DNA of 64,000 bases from Chiloscyllium plagiosum (lineage: Eukaryota), in contig NC_057718.1 in the NCBI RefSeq assembly GCF_004010195.1, forward strand, positions 52,346,254-52,410,253, written 5' to 3'. Position 1 is the stretch's first letter. Every line of letters begins with the position of its first letter. Shown here piece by piece: positions 24,610 to 37,229 of this stretch. Below the pieces are notes generated by a model that was not told the origin of the DNA, did no database searches, and worked only from the letters and a program-made list of their open reading frames with translations. Position numbers and translations under genes: made by a program.

Positions 24610-25496
24610 GTGAAGAAGGCATTTGGTATGCTTGCCATAATGGACAATAAGTGAGGATTGCAGATGCTAGAGATCAGACTCAGCAGTATGGTGCTGGAAA
24701 AGCACAGCAGGTCAGGCAGCACTCGAGGAGCAGGAGAATCAACATTTTAGGTATAAGACCTTCATCAGGAATTCTGATGAAGGACTTATGCCTGAAACAT
24801 CAATTCTGCTGCTCCTTGGATGCCACTTGACCTGCTGTGCTTTTCCAGCACCATACTCTTGACCCTTTATTGGGCAGTGCATTGAGTGTAGGTGTTGGGA
24901 GGTCATGTTGCAGCTGGACAGGACATTGGTTAGTTCACTTTTGGAATATTGAGTGCAGTTCTGGGCTCCCTGCTATAAGAAAAATGTTGTGAAACTTGAA
25001 CGGGTTCAGAAAAGATTTACACGGATGTTGCCAGGGTTGGAGGATTTAAGCTGTCGGGAGAGACTGAATAGACTGGGGCTACTTTCCCTAGAGTGTCAGA
25101 GGCTGAGGGGTGACCGTATTGAGGTTTATAAATCATGAGGGGTATGGAGAGAGTAAATAGGCAAAGTCCTTTTCCAAGGTTGGGGTAGTTGGGCCTAGAG
25201 GGCAAAGGTCGGAGGGGAAAAGCTTAAAAGGGATCTAAGGGACATCTTTTTAATGCAAAGGGTGGTGCATATATGGAATGAGCTGCCAGAGGAAGTGGTG
25301 GAGGCCGGTACAATTACAACATTTAAAAGGCATCTGGATGGGTATATGAATAGGAAGGGTTTGGAGCGATGTGAGCCAAATGCTGGCACATGGGTTTAGA
25401 TTTATTTCGGATATCCTTGGATAAGTTGGACTTGGATAAGTTGGACAGAAGGGTCTGTTTCAGTGCTGTCTATCTCTCTGACTCTGTGAACTCTAT
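24610..25496 (+). mobile_element. CR1 LINE 3' fragment
   Basis: VQFWAPCYKKNVVKLERVQKRFTRMLPGLEDLS...RLRGD.IEVYK; 3' UTR and tail; interrupted near 24637-24863. Confidence 0.9.
24649..24863. mobile_element. Palindromic head-to-head Penelope-derived element with two opposed hammerhead motifs
   Basis: Centre TCATCAG-GAATT-CTGATGA (24762-24780); perfect 30-bp outer arms 24685-24714 / 24828-24857. Confidence 0.85.
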
Positions 25497-25586
25497 CGCT
25501 ATTTGTTTCAAAAGGAAATGGAAACAATTCCATTTTTGTTTCCTATCTCCCTTCAGTTTAACAGTGGCAAGGTATGGAAAATAAAC

Positions 25587-25910
25587 TAACTATCTACGAA
25601 GAGTCTCCATTAATAGCTATTTACACTCCCCAGTCAGATCTTTATCCATTCCTTTGTATGTCCAACTATTCTTCTCTCTCTTTTCATTCTATCCCTACCT
25701 ATCATTTACTCCTTCCCCTCTTCCCCACTCTACCTTCTGCAGATAAACCAACATAATTCCAGCTACCACCAGTTCTGTGGAAAGGTCGCTGGACCCAAAA
25801 CTTAAGCTCTGATCACTCTCCACAGATACTGCCAGATCTCTTGAGTTTATCCAGCAATTTCTGTTTTTTGTTTCTGATTTATAGCGTCTGCAGCTCTTGC
25901 AGTTTTTATT
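25587..25910 (+). mobile_element. Penelope-derived 3' end with degenerate hammerhead
   Basis: TSD TATGGAAAAT(A/T)AAC (from 25573 / from 25911); CTGTGGA-A-AGGTC-GCTG-GACCC-AAAAC near 25775. Confidence 0.75.
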
Positions 25911-26204
25911 TATGGAAAATTAACAGCTGCTTTGACTCATCCTGCACATCAAAGTTTTCAGCTGCTATTTTAACTCTTCCTTGTTAAGTAGCTGATTCTC
26001 GTGAAGTTCTAAAAAAGTACTAAGTCTCAGTTCTGACACTATGTTTCAAGTAACATGTTTAATGGCAGTCACAAACAAATTGCAAGAACCTGCTACAGAT
26101 GTAAAGTTTATGTGACTACAACAAGCCAGCTGTACACAATGTACCTGTGTATTTCTCCAAACATGGATAACAATTTACTTGATTTTTCCTTTTCCAGTTA
26201 AGAG

Positions 26205-26992
26205 CAGGGGCTGTAAGATGGTGGTGAAGTACCAGGACTGCATGGCAGCTCTTGCCCGGGGCCCATCTGCTCCCATCTGCTTTTCTCCCTTGTTTCACTT
26301 TTACTTCTGCTCTTTTCTTTCACTTTATTTTCCCTTTCTTCTGGTCTTTTCATCCTTTTTTCTGTGGTGAGTTGGTTGGCAGCACCAACACTACAGTGAG
26401 AGCGGGTCACTTGTGGAGTGGCAGGCATGGCCTCTCCCGCCATTTGGGGCCAGTGGCAATGGCAGCAAAGATCCTCCAGCGATCAGGGACAGCAACACCA
26501 GCAGCAGCCGGCTTCTCAAAATGGAGGCACCAGCAAGGCAGCATGTGCAGTTGAATTGGGGCATGCGGCCCAGCGCCAGCCTGGCCTGGCAGCGGAACCA
26601 GGGCTTCTTGATTCCACGGCGAGTGTGGGTAAAGTGGCATCAGTGAAGTGGGCACTGATGTAAAGAGGTGGCACCTAAAATGGGGTGACTCCTACATCAG
26701 TGGGTCCGGCGCACACAGCAGTGAGGCAATGGAGGTCTCCCTTGATGGACTGGGTCGGAAAGACAGATTTTCTGAACCTTTTACTTCTTTATTTTTTCTA
26801 GATTATTCCTATGACTATAAAAGCAAACTAATTATTTCTTTACATTTTCTAATTTTCTTTTGTTTCTTAAGGATTTGATCTTAAAATTCTGTACCTAGGT
26901 ACCTTTGAGCCTAAGTGGTGCTGTAATGCAGTGATAGTAAACCTTTCACTGTACTCACTTGTGTACATGTGACAGTAAAGCTAATTCAGTTC
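26205..26992 (+). mobile_element. Probable non-autonomous retroposon with Rex1/Babar-like 3' tail
   Basis: GC-rich body starting aagatggtggtg; 3' end ctttcactgtactc..gtacatgtgacagtaaagctaattc. Confidence 0.45.
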
Positions 26993-27778
26993 ATGTTTTG
27001 TTGCATTTTATTCTGCAATGTCAATAAAGTACCAAACAAACTTTTTTTTCAGTAAGATAAAAGAATTTACATTTGCTCATATTAATATCAATATTAGAGA
27101 AAAAAAAAACCTCTCAAGTTCTATATAACACAAATATTGTTGTTTTCTGTCATTGCCAGTGATGACAGAACTGAGATCGGTATGGTGGCTCAGTGGTTAG
27201 CACTGCTGCCTCACTGCACCAGCGGCCTGGGTTTGATTCCTGCCTTGGGCCACTGACTGTGTAGAGTTTGCACATTGCTGGAGTCAATTATAAAGGATGA
27301 AATTACGACACATCTGGATAGCAGTAACAGGATAGGTCAGAGTCAGTATGGATTTATGAAGGGGAAATCATGCTTGACTAATCTTCTGGAATGTTTTGAG
27401 GATGTACCTCTGAAAATGGACAAGGAAGATCCAGTGGATGTAGTGTACCTGGACTTTCAGAAAGCCTTTGATAAAGTCCCACATAGGAGGTTAGTGAGCA
27501 AAATTATGGCACATGGTATTGGGGGCAAAATACTGACTTGGATTGAAAATTGGTTGGCTGACAGGAAACAAAGAGTAGTGATAAACGGCTCCCTTTCGGA
27601 ATGGCAGGCGGTGACCAGTGGGGTACCGTAGGGATCAGTGCTGGGACCGCAGTTTTTTACAATATACATTAACGATATAGATGATGGTATTAAAAGTAAT
27701 ATTAGCAAATTTGCTGATGATACAAAGCTGTGTGGCAGGGTGAAATGTGAGGCAGATGTTAAGAGATTACAGGGTGAC

Positions 27779-27811
27779 CTGATGAAGGGCTTTTGCCCGA
27801 AACGTCGATTT
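27779..27811 (+). ncRNA. Hammerhead catalytic core (intact core, native stem I 5' arm lost)
   Basis: CTGATGA-A-GGGC-TTTT-GCCC-GAAAC-GTC-GATTT. Confidence 0.7.
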
Positions 27812-27903
27812 CGAAGCTCCTTGGATGCTGCCTGAACTGCTGTGCTCTTCCAGCACCACTAATCCAGAATCTGGTTTCCAGCATCTGCAGTCATTGTTTT
27901 TAC
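27782..27903 (+). mobile_element. Short Penelope-derived hammerhead element inserted in CR1 RT
   Basis: 12-bp TSD CAGGGTGACCTG (27770-27781 / 27904-27915). Confidence 0.9.
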
Positions 27904-29259
27904 CAGGGTGACCTGGACAGGCAAGGTGAGTGGACAGATGCATGGCAGATGCAGTTTAATGTGGATAAATGTGTGGTTATCCACTTTGGTGGCAAGAACA
28001 GGAAGGCAGATTACTATGTAAATGGAGTCAAGTTAGGTAAAGGGGCAGTACATCAGTCAATGAAAGCAAGCATGCAGGTAACAGCAGGCAGTGAAGAAGG
28101 CTATAGCATGCTGGCCTTCATAACAAGAGGGATTGAGTATAGAAGCAAAGAGGTTCTTCTGCAGCTGTACAGGGCCCTGGTGAGACCGCACCTGGAATAT
28201 TGTGTGCAGTTTTGGTCTCCAAATTTGAGGAAAGACATTCTGGCTATTGAGGGAGTGCAGCGTATGTTCATAAGGTCAATTCCCGGAAAGGCGGGACTAT
28301 CTTACGTTGAAAGATTGGAGTGACTGGGCTTGTATACCCTTGAGTTTAGAAGACTGAGAGGGGATTTGATTGAGACATATAAGATTATTAAAGGATTGGA
28401 CACTCTGGAGGCAGGAAACATGTTTCCGCTGATGGGTGAGTCCCGAACCAGAGGACACAGTTTAAAACTAAGGGGTTGGCCATTTAGAACAGAGTTGAGG
28501 AGAAACGTCTTCACCCAGAGAGTGGTGAGTGTGTGGAATGGTCTGCCCCAGAAGACTGGGGAGGCCAAGTCTCTGGATACTTTCAAGAAAGAGTTGGATA
28601 GAGCTCTTAAGGATAGTGGAATCAAGGGGATAAGGCAGGAAAAGGATACTGATTGAGGAATGATCAGCCATGATCATAATGAATGGTGGTGCTTGCACGA
28701 AGGGCAGAATGGCCTACTCCTGCACCTATTGTCTATTGTCTATTGTCCCTTTGTCTGTGTGGATTTCCTCCAAGTGCTCTGGTTTCCTCCCACAGTCCAA
28801 AGATGTGCAGGTCAGGTGAATTGACCGTGTTAAATTCCCCATAGTGTTAGGTGCATTAGTCAGGGGTAAATGTAAGGGAATGGGTCTGGCGGGTTACTCT
28901 TCGGAGGGTCGGTGTGAACTTGTTGGGCCGAAGAGCCTGTTTCATACAGTGGGGAATCTAAAGCATATTACTCCCTCTTTAAAGCCTGAAACGATAGGAT
29001 TTCTAGTAACTTGGGCCCAATTGAGACTTGATGTATTAGTTGAGGCCAGTACTTGAGTGAATTTAAAAGTAGAAAGGTTAATTATAAGACCAGTGTGATG
29101 CAGGTCAATAATAGCAGGAATGAGAGTCTACTTCGCCAGTGGCAGCTGGGTGCAGGAGAAATTATTGAAGTGACATCTACACCCTCCTGTTCAATGCTAA
29201 CCAGATGCTACCTTGCAGATCCTGCTCATTGCAAAGTTAGTACTGGACAGTACCACAAT

Positions 29260-29580
29260 GGCGGCACAGTGGCACAGTGGTTAGCACTGCTGCCTCACAG
29301 CGCCAGAGACCTGGGTTCAATTCCCGACTCAGGCGACTGACTGTGTGGAGTTTGCACATTCTTCCAGTGTCTGCGTGGGTTTCCTCCGGGTGCTCCGGTT
29401 TCCTCCCACAGTCACAAAGATGTGCGGGTCAGGTGAATTGGCCATGCTAAATTGCCCGTAGTATTAGGTTAAAAGGGGTAAATGTAGGGGTATGGGTGGG
29501 TTGCGCTTCGGCGGGTCGGTGTGGACTTGTTGGGCTGAAGGGCCTGTTTCCACACTGTAAGTAATCTAATCTAATCTAAT
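29260..29580 (+). mobile_element. HE1-type SINE, near-intact copy
   Basis: A-box TGGCACAGTGG, B-box GGTTCAATTCC, CpGs retained, (TAATC)n tail. Confidence 0.95.
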
Positions 29581-29861
29581 GATCACGTTGGGTTGTACCT
29601 CAAAATATTTCTTCAAACACCAAATAACCTATTCAAAGGTAATGAACAACAAACATTATTTAACAAAAATCTTTTTTCTTCTTGTGTTAATGATCAACAA
29701 TGAAACAATAATTACAGATGCTGCTGTGCACACGGTCTGTTCATGGGTGCTGTTTATCACTGATATGATTACAACCAAAAAGTACAATTGTCAATCTACT
29801 TATGTAAATGGAATCACTGGGCCAAACTAATACGTTTTCAGAATTAAACCTAATTTACTGC

Positions 29862-30358
29862 AGGGTGTAGTGGTAATGTCAGTGGACTAGGAATCAGGAA
29901 GCCCAGGCTCATTCACTGGGGACATGAGATATCTCTGATGATGAGTCATCTAGACTTGAACCATTAGCTTGCTCTCTCTCCGTAGATACTGTCTGACCTT
30001 CTGTGATTTCCAGCATTTTTTGTTTTTAGTACAGATTGAAAGATCTGTAGTAATTTTCTCCAACATGGGATAGCAGCAGTTAGAATATAAATTCAGTTAT
30101 TATATCTGGAATTGAATGCTCGTTTCATTTATAGTGACCATGAAACTATTGTTGATTGTTTAAAGACCCATCTTGTTCACTCAATTTCTTTTAGGGGAGG
30201 AAATCTGTTCTCCTTGCCCGGGCTGGTTTAAGTAATTCTAAACCCATGCCAATGTGGTTGATTCTTAACCTGGTTCTGAAATTTCTCAGAATGACAATCT
30301 ATTGAAGGGTGATGGCCAATGAATGCTGACCTTGCCAGTGTCATCCACATGAAACAAA
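29862..30358 (+). mobile_element. Second tRNA-derived SINE family copy, interrupted by an HHR element
   Basis: Head gtgtagtggtaatgtcagtggactag; body agggaggaaatctg..ccttgcccgggctgg; tail aatgctgaccttgccagtg. Confidence 0.65.
29932..30062 (+). mobile_element. Short Penelope-derived element with hammerhead remnant
   Basis: 10-bp TSD ACATG(A/G)GATA (29922-29931 / 30063-30072); CTGATGA-T-GAGTC-ATCTA-GACTT-GAAC from 29935. Confidence 0.75.
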
Positions 30359-30617
30359 AGTGTACAAAAGGACTTACTACATTCTGAAAAGGCAAAGAGA
30401 TTCTGTAACTCTTCTAGGATGAGGAGACTAAACCACAAAATCCTCAATGCGGAAATTATATGCAGGCAGCATTTGATTTCATTCTTCATCCAGATTATAA
30501 ATCAGAACCTAAGGTGTGGGGTAAGATCTTACCCCTTTCTTTCAAAGCAAAGGCTATTTTCAAATAATTGGTTGCACATCTTGTTCAAAAGTTGTCTTAG
30601 TTCATAACATAAGTTAT

Positions 30618-30931
30618 GGGGCAGCATGCTGGCTCAGTGGTTAGCACTACTGCCTCACAGTGTCAGAGATCAGGGCTCAATTCTAACCTCGGGTGACTGT
30701 CTGTGTGGGGTTTGCACATTCTCGCTGTAGCTGCGTGGGTTTCCTCCGAGTACTCCAATTTCCACCCGCAATCCAAAGATGTGCAGTTTAGGTGAATTGG
30801 CCATGCTAAATTGCCCATAGTGTTCAGGGATGTGTAGGTTAGGTACATCAGTCAGTTGTACTTATTGAGGATGGGTTGGTGTCGACTTGTTGGGCTGAAG
30901 GGTCTGTTTCCACACGTAGGGATTTTATGAT
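30618..30931 (+). mobile_element. HE1-type SINE
   Basis: TGGCTCAGTGGTTAGCAC head, conserved core and tail. Confidence 0.9.
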
Positions 30932-31039
30932 ATGTCAATTTAATACAACATGTAAGGTGGCCCCATTTGTCAACCCCAAAAATAATTTTCTGGGGGTGGC
31001 TGTAAGGGGAGCTGCCAATAAAGGGAGGGTTTTGTGTGG

Positions 31040-31265
31040 TGTGGTGAGTTTGGGATAGGTGAACACAGGTAGAGGGTTATGATATCGTTGGCTGATGAAA
31101 GGAATGAATCTGGTTGGTAGCTGAAAGGAAGGTTCGGTCAGTGGAATGGAATGGAGGGGGAGGGCTGGAAAGGGACTCAGGGGATGGGAAGGGACATTAT
31201 TTGAAATTGGAGTGATCAATGGTGAGTCCGCTGGGCCGTAGGCTGCCCAGGCAGAAGAACATAAG
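31040..31265 (-). mobile_element. Penelope-like internal/UTR fragment
   Basis: Purine-rich reverse complement of a PLE-type C-rich UTR plus ...LGSLRPSGLTIDHSNFK, matching the PLE ORF ends near 17420 and 24160. Confidence 0.6.
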
Positions 31266-32144
31266 ACAACATAGTGGGTGCTGCTTTAGGCATGTTTCAG
31301 TATTAACCCTTCCAGACCCATATACAGTAAATATCATCCTACTCCATCCTATTGGATCCCATGATAAATCTTTATAAAACAAATTAATTTCTGTATTTAT
31401 TAATCTTCATTCTTAATCTATACAGTTTTAGGCAATTATTTTGCAAATTAGAATAACTAAATGTTTTAACAGTTCAAATGGAAGATAATTTTATTTTCTC
31501 TCTCTGGAATTTACCTTGTTTACTTTTTCAAATTTCTTTCTTCGTAGTTATTCTTGTAAGCTACATCTGCCTCCTGATGAAAGCAAGACAGTCAGCTTAA
31601 CTTATCAAACGCAGAAGGAGCGCGAGCCAAGCAATTATATTTTATGTGGAACAATTTCAGAGATATTTTTTAGACACTCTTATCCCTAGAGTCTGGCAGT
31701 CTTGGCAGAAAACTAATCCAAAGCATTGTTTCAGTCACCAAAGCAGCCCATCATTATCCTAAAACTGACAAGAAGCAGATCGACAGATCCTTACCTAATT
31801 ACAGGATAGATGTCTTCAAAAGACAGTCATTTTAGAAATGTAACTTTTCATTTTGTTAACAATTTATTTGGCTTTACATTATCTTTAACTTGGATGAATA
31901 TGTGACAAGGTATTTCAAACTCAGTCACAAAACTTCAATAACATTGCAGTAAGTACAAGTTCAATGTCATTTCTCACAAGAAATGTATCTTCAATAGAAC
32001 CTTAATATGAAAGGCCAAATTGTAATGTTAACTTCCAAAGTATGGTAGAATATGTAAACAAATCACAAACTCTCAAACTCAACATGAAGCATTAATTATA
32101 ATACTGAAAATGTAAATAATCATTTTCTTTGTTAACTGTTTTAT

Positions 32145-32840
32145 GTTGGAGAATTTGAGAATTGCTAACAAAAGATACATTTTGCCAAAGCTTTTCATCT
32201 TGCACTCATCAGGGTACTTGGCAAAAATACAAATTCAAGGAGAAAAACAAACATTTCTACTGCATGAGCAGAGAACGCCGAATGGTTGGCAAGTAGATTC
32301 TGACTGGGAGAGGGAATGCCATGGAGAATGCACCCATTAGTGCTGTTTTATAGTTAACAGCCATTGCAAATGAATTACATTTGCTGGATAATCCTGAATT
32401 TACAAGGAATTATGCTGACAACAAGTTTAGGATTGTCAATCAGGCTCACAATGTATTCTACCTGGATATACTAGAACTATTTATATATTAATACTTAGGT
32501 CTGATCATGCAAACAGAAAAAAACATGCTACACCTGTTTTAACTCAACAAAACAGGTACAGCCATTTGCTGGTTCATTTCACAGGTCCATACGTTGACCA
32601 GTTAGAGTTAATCTGTCTTATTTAAAATTTACCAAAGCCTGGCCGTTAACCATCAATCAGAATTAATGGATTCATTCTCTATGGCAAGACTTCTAACAAT
32701 CAGAGTCCAGTTGCCAACAAATTAGCTTTCTCTTCTCATGCAAGATAGATGTCTTTCCACTGGAATTTATAGTTATGACAATTTGCAAGGTGCCTTAATA
32801 AAAATCTTCAGCAAAAGGTTTGCTTTTTCAGCAATATTTT
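32145..32840. mobile_element. Old Penelope-like element with inverted termini
   Basis: About 32150-32330 is a diverged inverted copy of about 32670-32835; internal NYADNKFRIVNQAHNV resembles a GIY-YIG C-terminus; minus-strand CTGATGA-GT-GCAAG-AT-GAAA-AGCTTT at 32187-32212. Confidence 0.65.
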
Positions 32841-33234
32841 ATGATTATGACAGGACCAAGTACTAAGGAACCAAGCATTTCAGCTTACAAAGGCCTGATG
32901 CAATGAAATGCAGAAAACTAATGTATAATGAAGCACATTTTAAATGGTACTGTTTAAACATAATTTGGTCGGAAAACCATTTAATTCTAACCAACAGTTA
33001 TAAATAAATTGTATTGATTCCAAAATAACTCTATTTATTGATATCCTTACCATCCCAATTACTTGCTATATTCTTGCGCTGAATCTCCTCTACCATAGTT
33101 ACAGACCTACCTCGTGGTGATTCTATAATCTGAAGTTAACCAAAGAACTCAATTTAACAGGAATTATTAAGAATGACCTTTGTTATCAGTACTCTTCGTA
33201 CTTGATTTTAGTTCTTTGTTTCCCCAGTGGAAAA

Positions 33235-33559
33235 GAATCATAGAATCCCTACAGTGCATAAAGAGGTTGTTAGGCCCATCAAGTCTGCACAGAGCTTCCA
33301 AAGGCCCTATCTCCGTAACCGTGCATTTACCATGGCTAATCCACCTGCCCTACACATCCTGAGACACTACAGGGCAATGTGGCATGACCAGATAACTGAA
33401 CATCTTTGGACTGTGGGAGAAAACTGGAGAACCCAGAGGAAACCCACACATACATGGGGAGAACATGCAACTTCCAAACAGTCACCCAAGGGTGGAATCA
33501 AACCCAGGTCCCTGGCTCTGTAAGAAAGCAGTGCTAATCACTGCGTCACCATACCAGCC
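33235..33559 (-). mobile_element. HE1-related SINE, diverged
   Basis: ctttggactgtgggagaaaactggagaacccagaggaaacccac..ggaatcaaacccaggtccctgg..gcagtgctaatcactg. Confidence 0.85.
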
Positions 33560-34489
33560 TTGAAGTAATCTGACAGTGTATCCAAGTGACGACAGCTTGA
33601 AAAGTAGAAGACTGCAAAACTTCCGCTGAGAGTATTTCAGAGGGCCACATTGAGTGACCTCAAGCAAGTGTCAGCACTGATAATCTGGCTGCAGAAGGCA
33701 GCCTCCTTGCATAGGTCAGGGCTGTTATTCTCACTAACAATAATACTAACAGGACAGGCGTCCAAAAGGAATTGTTTCCACCTTGAGGCAGAGGGAGACA
33801 TGCAGCTGAAGCTACATCTCAGCATTCCTGCAGTTCTGCCAGAGACTAGAATACAGGAAACATGTAAATCATCTGGTAGTTTCTTCAGCCAGTGATACCC
33901 AGAAATAAACTTACAAACATGTGGAAGCTGTCAGCAGAAGTCGTTACTGTTCATCCACTGACCTCTTCATGAAGAAGACCAATCACTTTGCACAAAATGG
34001 TTTCCATACTCTGTACAGATCTTGGACATAATTTGTAAATCAAATCTACCAGGCTCTGAACTATTGCACACAAGATCAAGCAATTATTTCTTAATCTATT
34101 GCCATTTGAAGGTTTGTCCAGTGATAGCAAAATCCAATTTCTCTACAGCAAAAGTAATTTATGATCTTCTGTTTTAGCAAATAGGGGAATACATGGCACT
34201 TCTCTCCTGCTCTAGAACCTGTATATTTGCATTCCCCAAATGAAGACCTCTAATCTAGTCTACCAATTGAAGTACCATTGGCACAGACCTGAACTGGTGC
34301 TTTATTGGGAAGCAGAACATACTCAATCTGAAATGTCACAATAGTGCTGACACCTTCAATAGCTGAAATGAGAGAGGGAAAGCCTTTAGTGTGAATGAGA
34401 AGTAGAGATGGATGACTAGCTTCTGAAATCAGCTGCCATTTGTCATGCAGAGCATGTATAACAAGATAATACAAAAAAGAAAAGGATTA

Positions 34490-35175
34490 GACCCAAACTG
34501 AGCATCACTGAGCAGGTTATTGCTAAGCTGGTGCTGTCAGATAGCACTGTTGATGATACCTACCATCACTTTACTGAATATCAAGAGGAGACTGATATGG
34601 GCTTAATTGATTGGGTTGGATTTGTCCTGCTTTTTTGTGCATAAGGCACACCTGTTTTCCACATTGTCAAGTAGTTGCCAATGTCGTAGTTGTGCTAGAA
34701 CAGCTTAGTCAGGGGCTGACAAGTTCAGAAGCATGCAACTTCAGTACTATTGCTGGAATGGTGTCAGGATCCACAGCTTTTGTAGAATCCAGTGCCTTTA
34801 GCATTATTATCATGTAGATGGAATGAAACTGGCTGAAGATTGGCATTTGTGATTTGGTCGAGAATGAGACGGATCCATTCATTCAACGCTTCTGGTGAAA
34901 GATTGTTGAGAATGCTTAAGCCTTGCCTCTTTCATTTCATCTCCACAAAAGAACTGTGGTCACTCATCCCAACGCTGCCTTGTACAATGCATTTTTTACA
35001 GGCAGATTACTGAGGATGAGGTAAAGTGCCCTTGTTTGTTCCCTTATCACCTACTTCAGATCTGGGCAAGTAGCTATTTCCTTTAGGAATTGGCCAACTC
35101 AGTCAGTTCCAAGACTCTCTTGGTGTTGGACATTGAAACCTCCCACCAAGAGTGCATTCTATGTCCTTGCCAGCT
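34490..35175 (-). mobile_element. Second LINE family, internally deleted fragment
   Basis: Colinear with parts of 43820-44960 (ttccacattgtca..tag..gcc; cttcagtactattgctggaat; ggacattgaaacctcccaccaagagtgcattc). Confidence 0.7.
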
Positions 35176-37229
35176 GATCTGATTGTCAGTTTCAACAGCG
35201 GATGAGCTGACCCAGGGGTCAAAGGAGCATTATATTATGCAGGTGCAAACAGCTTGCCTGAGTGATAGTGAATAAGCATTTCAGGGTCAGCTGTGAGAAC
35301 TGGTTATAGTAGATCCAGGTGAAAGCAGTCCCACTCAGCTAGACAATACAGTAGAATTACATTGGAAGGGAATAGGCAATGAAACAGTGTCAAAGATTGC
35401 AGATAGTTGAGTAGGAGAAGGAGGGAACGTTTACCATTTTCACAGTCACTGTGTCTTTGAGAAGAGCTATTTGATACTATGAGACAGAAGTGGAAACTTG
35501 ATTGGAAGAATCAAAGATGGAACTGCAGAAAAGTCTAATTTTTCAATTTTCCTGTATCTTATGAATCATTTAGTCTACATCATTTAGTTCCTTGAGCCTG
35601 CTATGCTCTTTAGTTGCAACATGGTGGTCGATCTACACCTCAACTTGATTAATCGATCTTCACTGATCACTGACCCAACAAAACAATCTGCTGATCTCAA
35701 TCTTGAAAATTAAATTTTGATCCATTGAGATATTGACTTGCTCTGACCATTGAACAACACTGCAGGAGCAAGATTTTCTAATTGGAAGGAAATGATCCAG
35801 GTTCTAAGGAAGCAGACACAAGCAATCATTATCAAAACCTTGTTGATGGTGGACAAATCTCTCCTAATAATGGAATACTCAGTACGTCACAGAAAATCCT
35901 TTTAGCAATGATGTATTCTTCCTGAGCACAGCATCAGCTCGTACTAATACCCTGTCAGAATGGTGGTTCAACAACATTTGCTATCTTTTCTGCATTCCAA
36001 CAGATGGGTATTGAAACGTATAGAATTGCACATTTCCACACCCAGTCTCAAGGTAATGCCCTGCAGCAGCTGTCATTTCAAGCCCCAGTGCTCCCTCATC
36101 AAAAACATGATAGAAATTTACCAGAAATCTAGCATGATAGATGTATAGACCTTCTGGCAGATGAACATGAGGTACTGATGCAAAACACAATTGGATAAAC
36201 CAATTCTAATGCAATTGAGACTTGCCCTGAAAATAACAAAATAATCAAATCAAAACATGCCAAACAATGCTCACAGGGACTGAAATACAGAAGACAAACT
36301 AGCATAATGCAATATAGATTGAATATAGGTGCAACATCTACCCACAATATATCAAAATTGCATCTTTCAGAGAGTGTACTCAATTTCAAACATTGAAGCA
36401 TAAGCTCAAGGACAGGCAAAGAAACTAATTTCAAGCTGTCTTGCTCTAATAATTTGGACCTTCATTCATATGAAAAATGAAGCTCAAACTGAATTTACAG
36501 GAATTTCTACAAATCATGTTGAATTTTCCTTTGAATTATTGACCAATTTCAGGAATATTTGGAGCATTAAATGCAGTAGGATGGAAGAATAACATATTAA
36601 ATCTTAAGCACACCAGTATGATATAACAGCGCCATTTTTCTCTAAGCTAAAGTAAGCAGTCGTCTTTGAGGATCTGCCAGACAGAATATCCTGTCTACTT
36701 AATTGTAAAAGAACAACGATGAAACTAATTTCTCAAACTCACCTCATAAATATTTGCCATATTAAAGTAAGACACCTCAGGTGTGGATGATGCAAGTTTT
36801 GTGTTAATTTTCCTGCCTTTTCCATTCCATCAGGGATGTTACATTTTCTTTCAAATCTATCAAAAGCAGGGTTTTGGACTAAATGCACATAATTTTTGAC
36901 ACTGTCATAGAAAGAAGGGGGATTGAGGTGATGGAAGAAGTTTAGATGAACTAGTTCAGATCATCTGAGAGATAAGTATGATGAGAATTCCTACTACCTC
37001 TATTTGAAATTACTGTTACCTAAATTTGAAGTCTTGGACCCACAGCCAAGACACTCATTATGGCCAACACTTCAGTGAAAAGCCCTCTGATTTATTAAAC
37101 AGTTCTTCTCAACTGTCCAGGAACTGCTGTTGAAGCAAATGAGATGCATGATGTTTCAGTGATGAAAAGATCTGGCTCAGGACATGTGGATCTGGAGAAA
37201 ATTGGGAAGTCTTCAGAATGCTTGTTTTT

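Larger units (their letters stand above)
27277..28747 (+). mobile_element. 5'-truncated CR1 LINE, RT domain to tail, relatively young
   Basis: QYGFMKGKSCLTNL, VYLDFQKAFDKVPH, SGVP*GSVLGP, SKFADDTKL, LVRPHLEYCVQFWSP, RRLRGDLIETYKI; (TATTGTC)3 tail at 28727-28747. Confidence 0.95.
27179..28960 (+). mobile_element. HE1-type SINE split by a CR1 insertion (halves 27179-27276 and about 28748-28960)
   Basis: 5' half ends gagtttgcacatt; 3' half resumes ccctttgtctgtgtggatttcctcc and ends with the HE1 tail. Confidence 0.9.

Noticed and set aside
29260..29335. tRNA-like A and B boxes (also at 3942, 13753, 27179, 30618 and 62340)
   Set aside because: These are SINE heads continuing into HE1 body and tail, not tRNA genes.
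31573..31592. CTGATGAAAG motif
   Set aside because: No pairing stem II, no downstream GAAA-NUH, no PLE context.
33916..34142. Possible minus-strand exon with a GTAAGT donor near 33910
   Set aside because: Weak exon-side donor context and stops in the frames examined.
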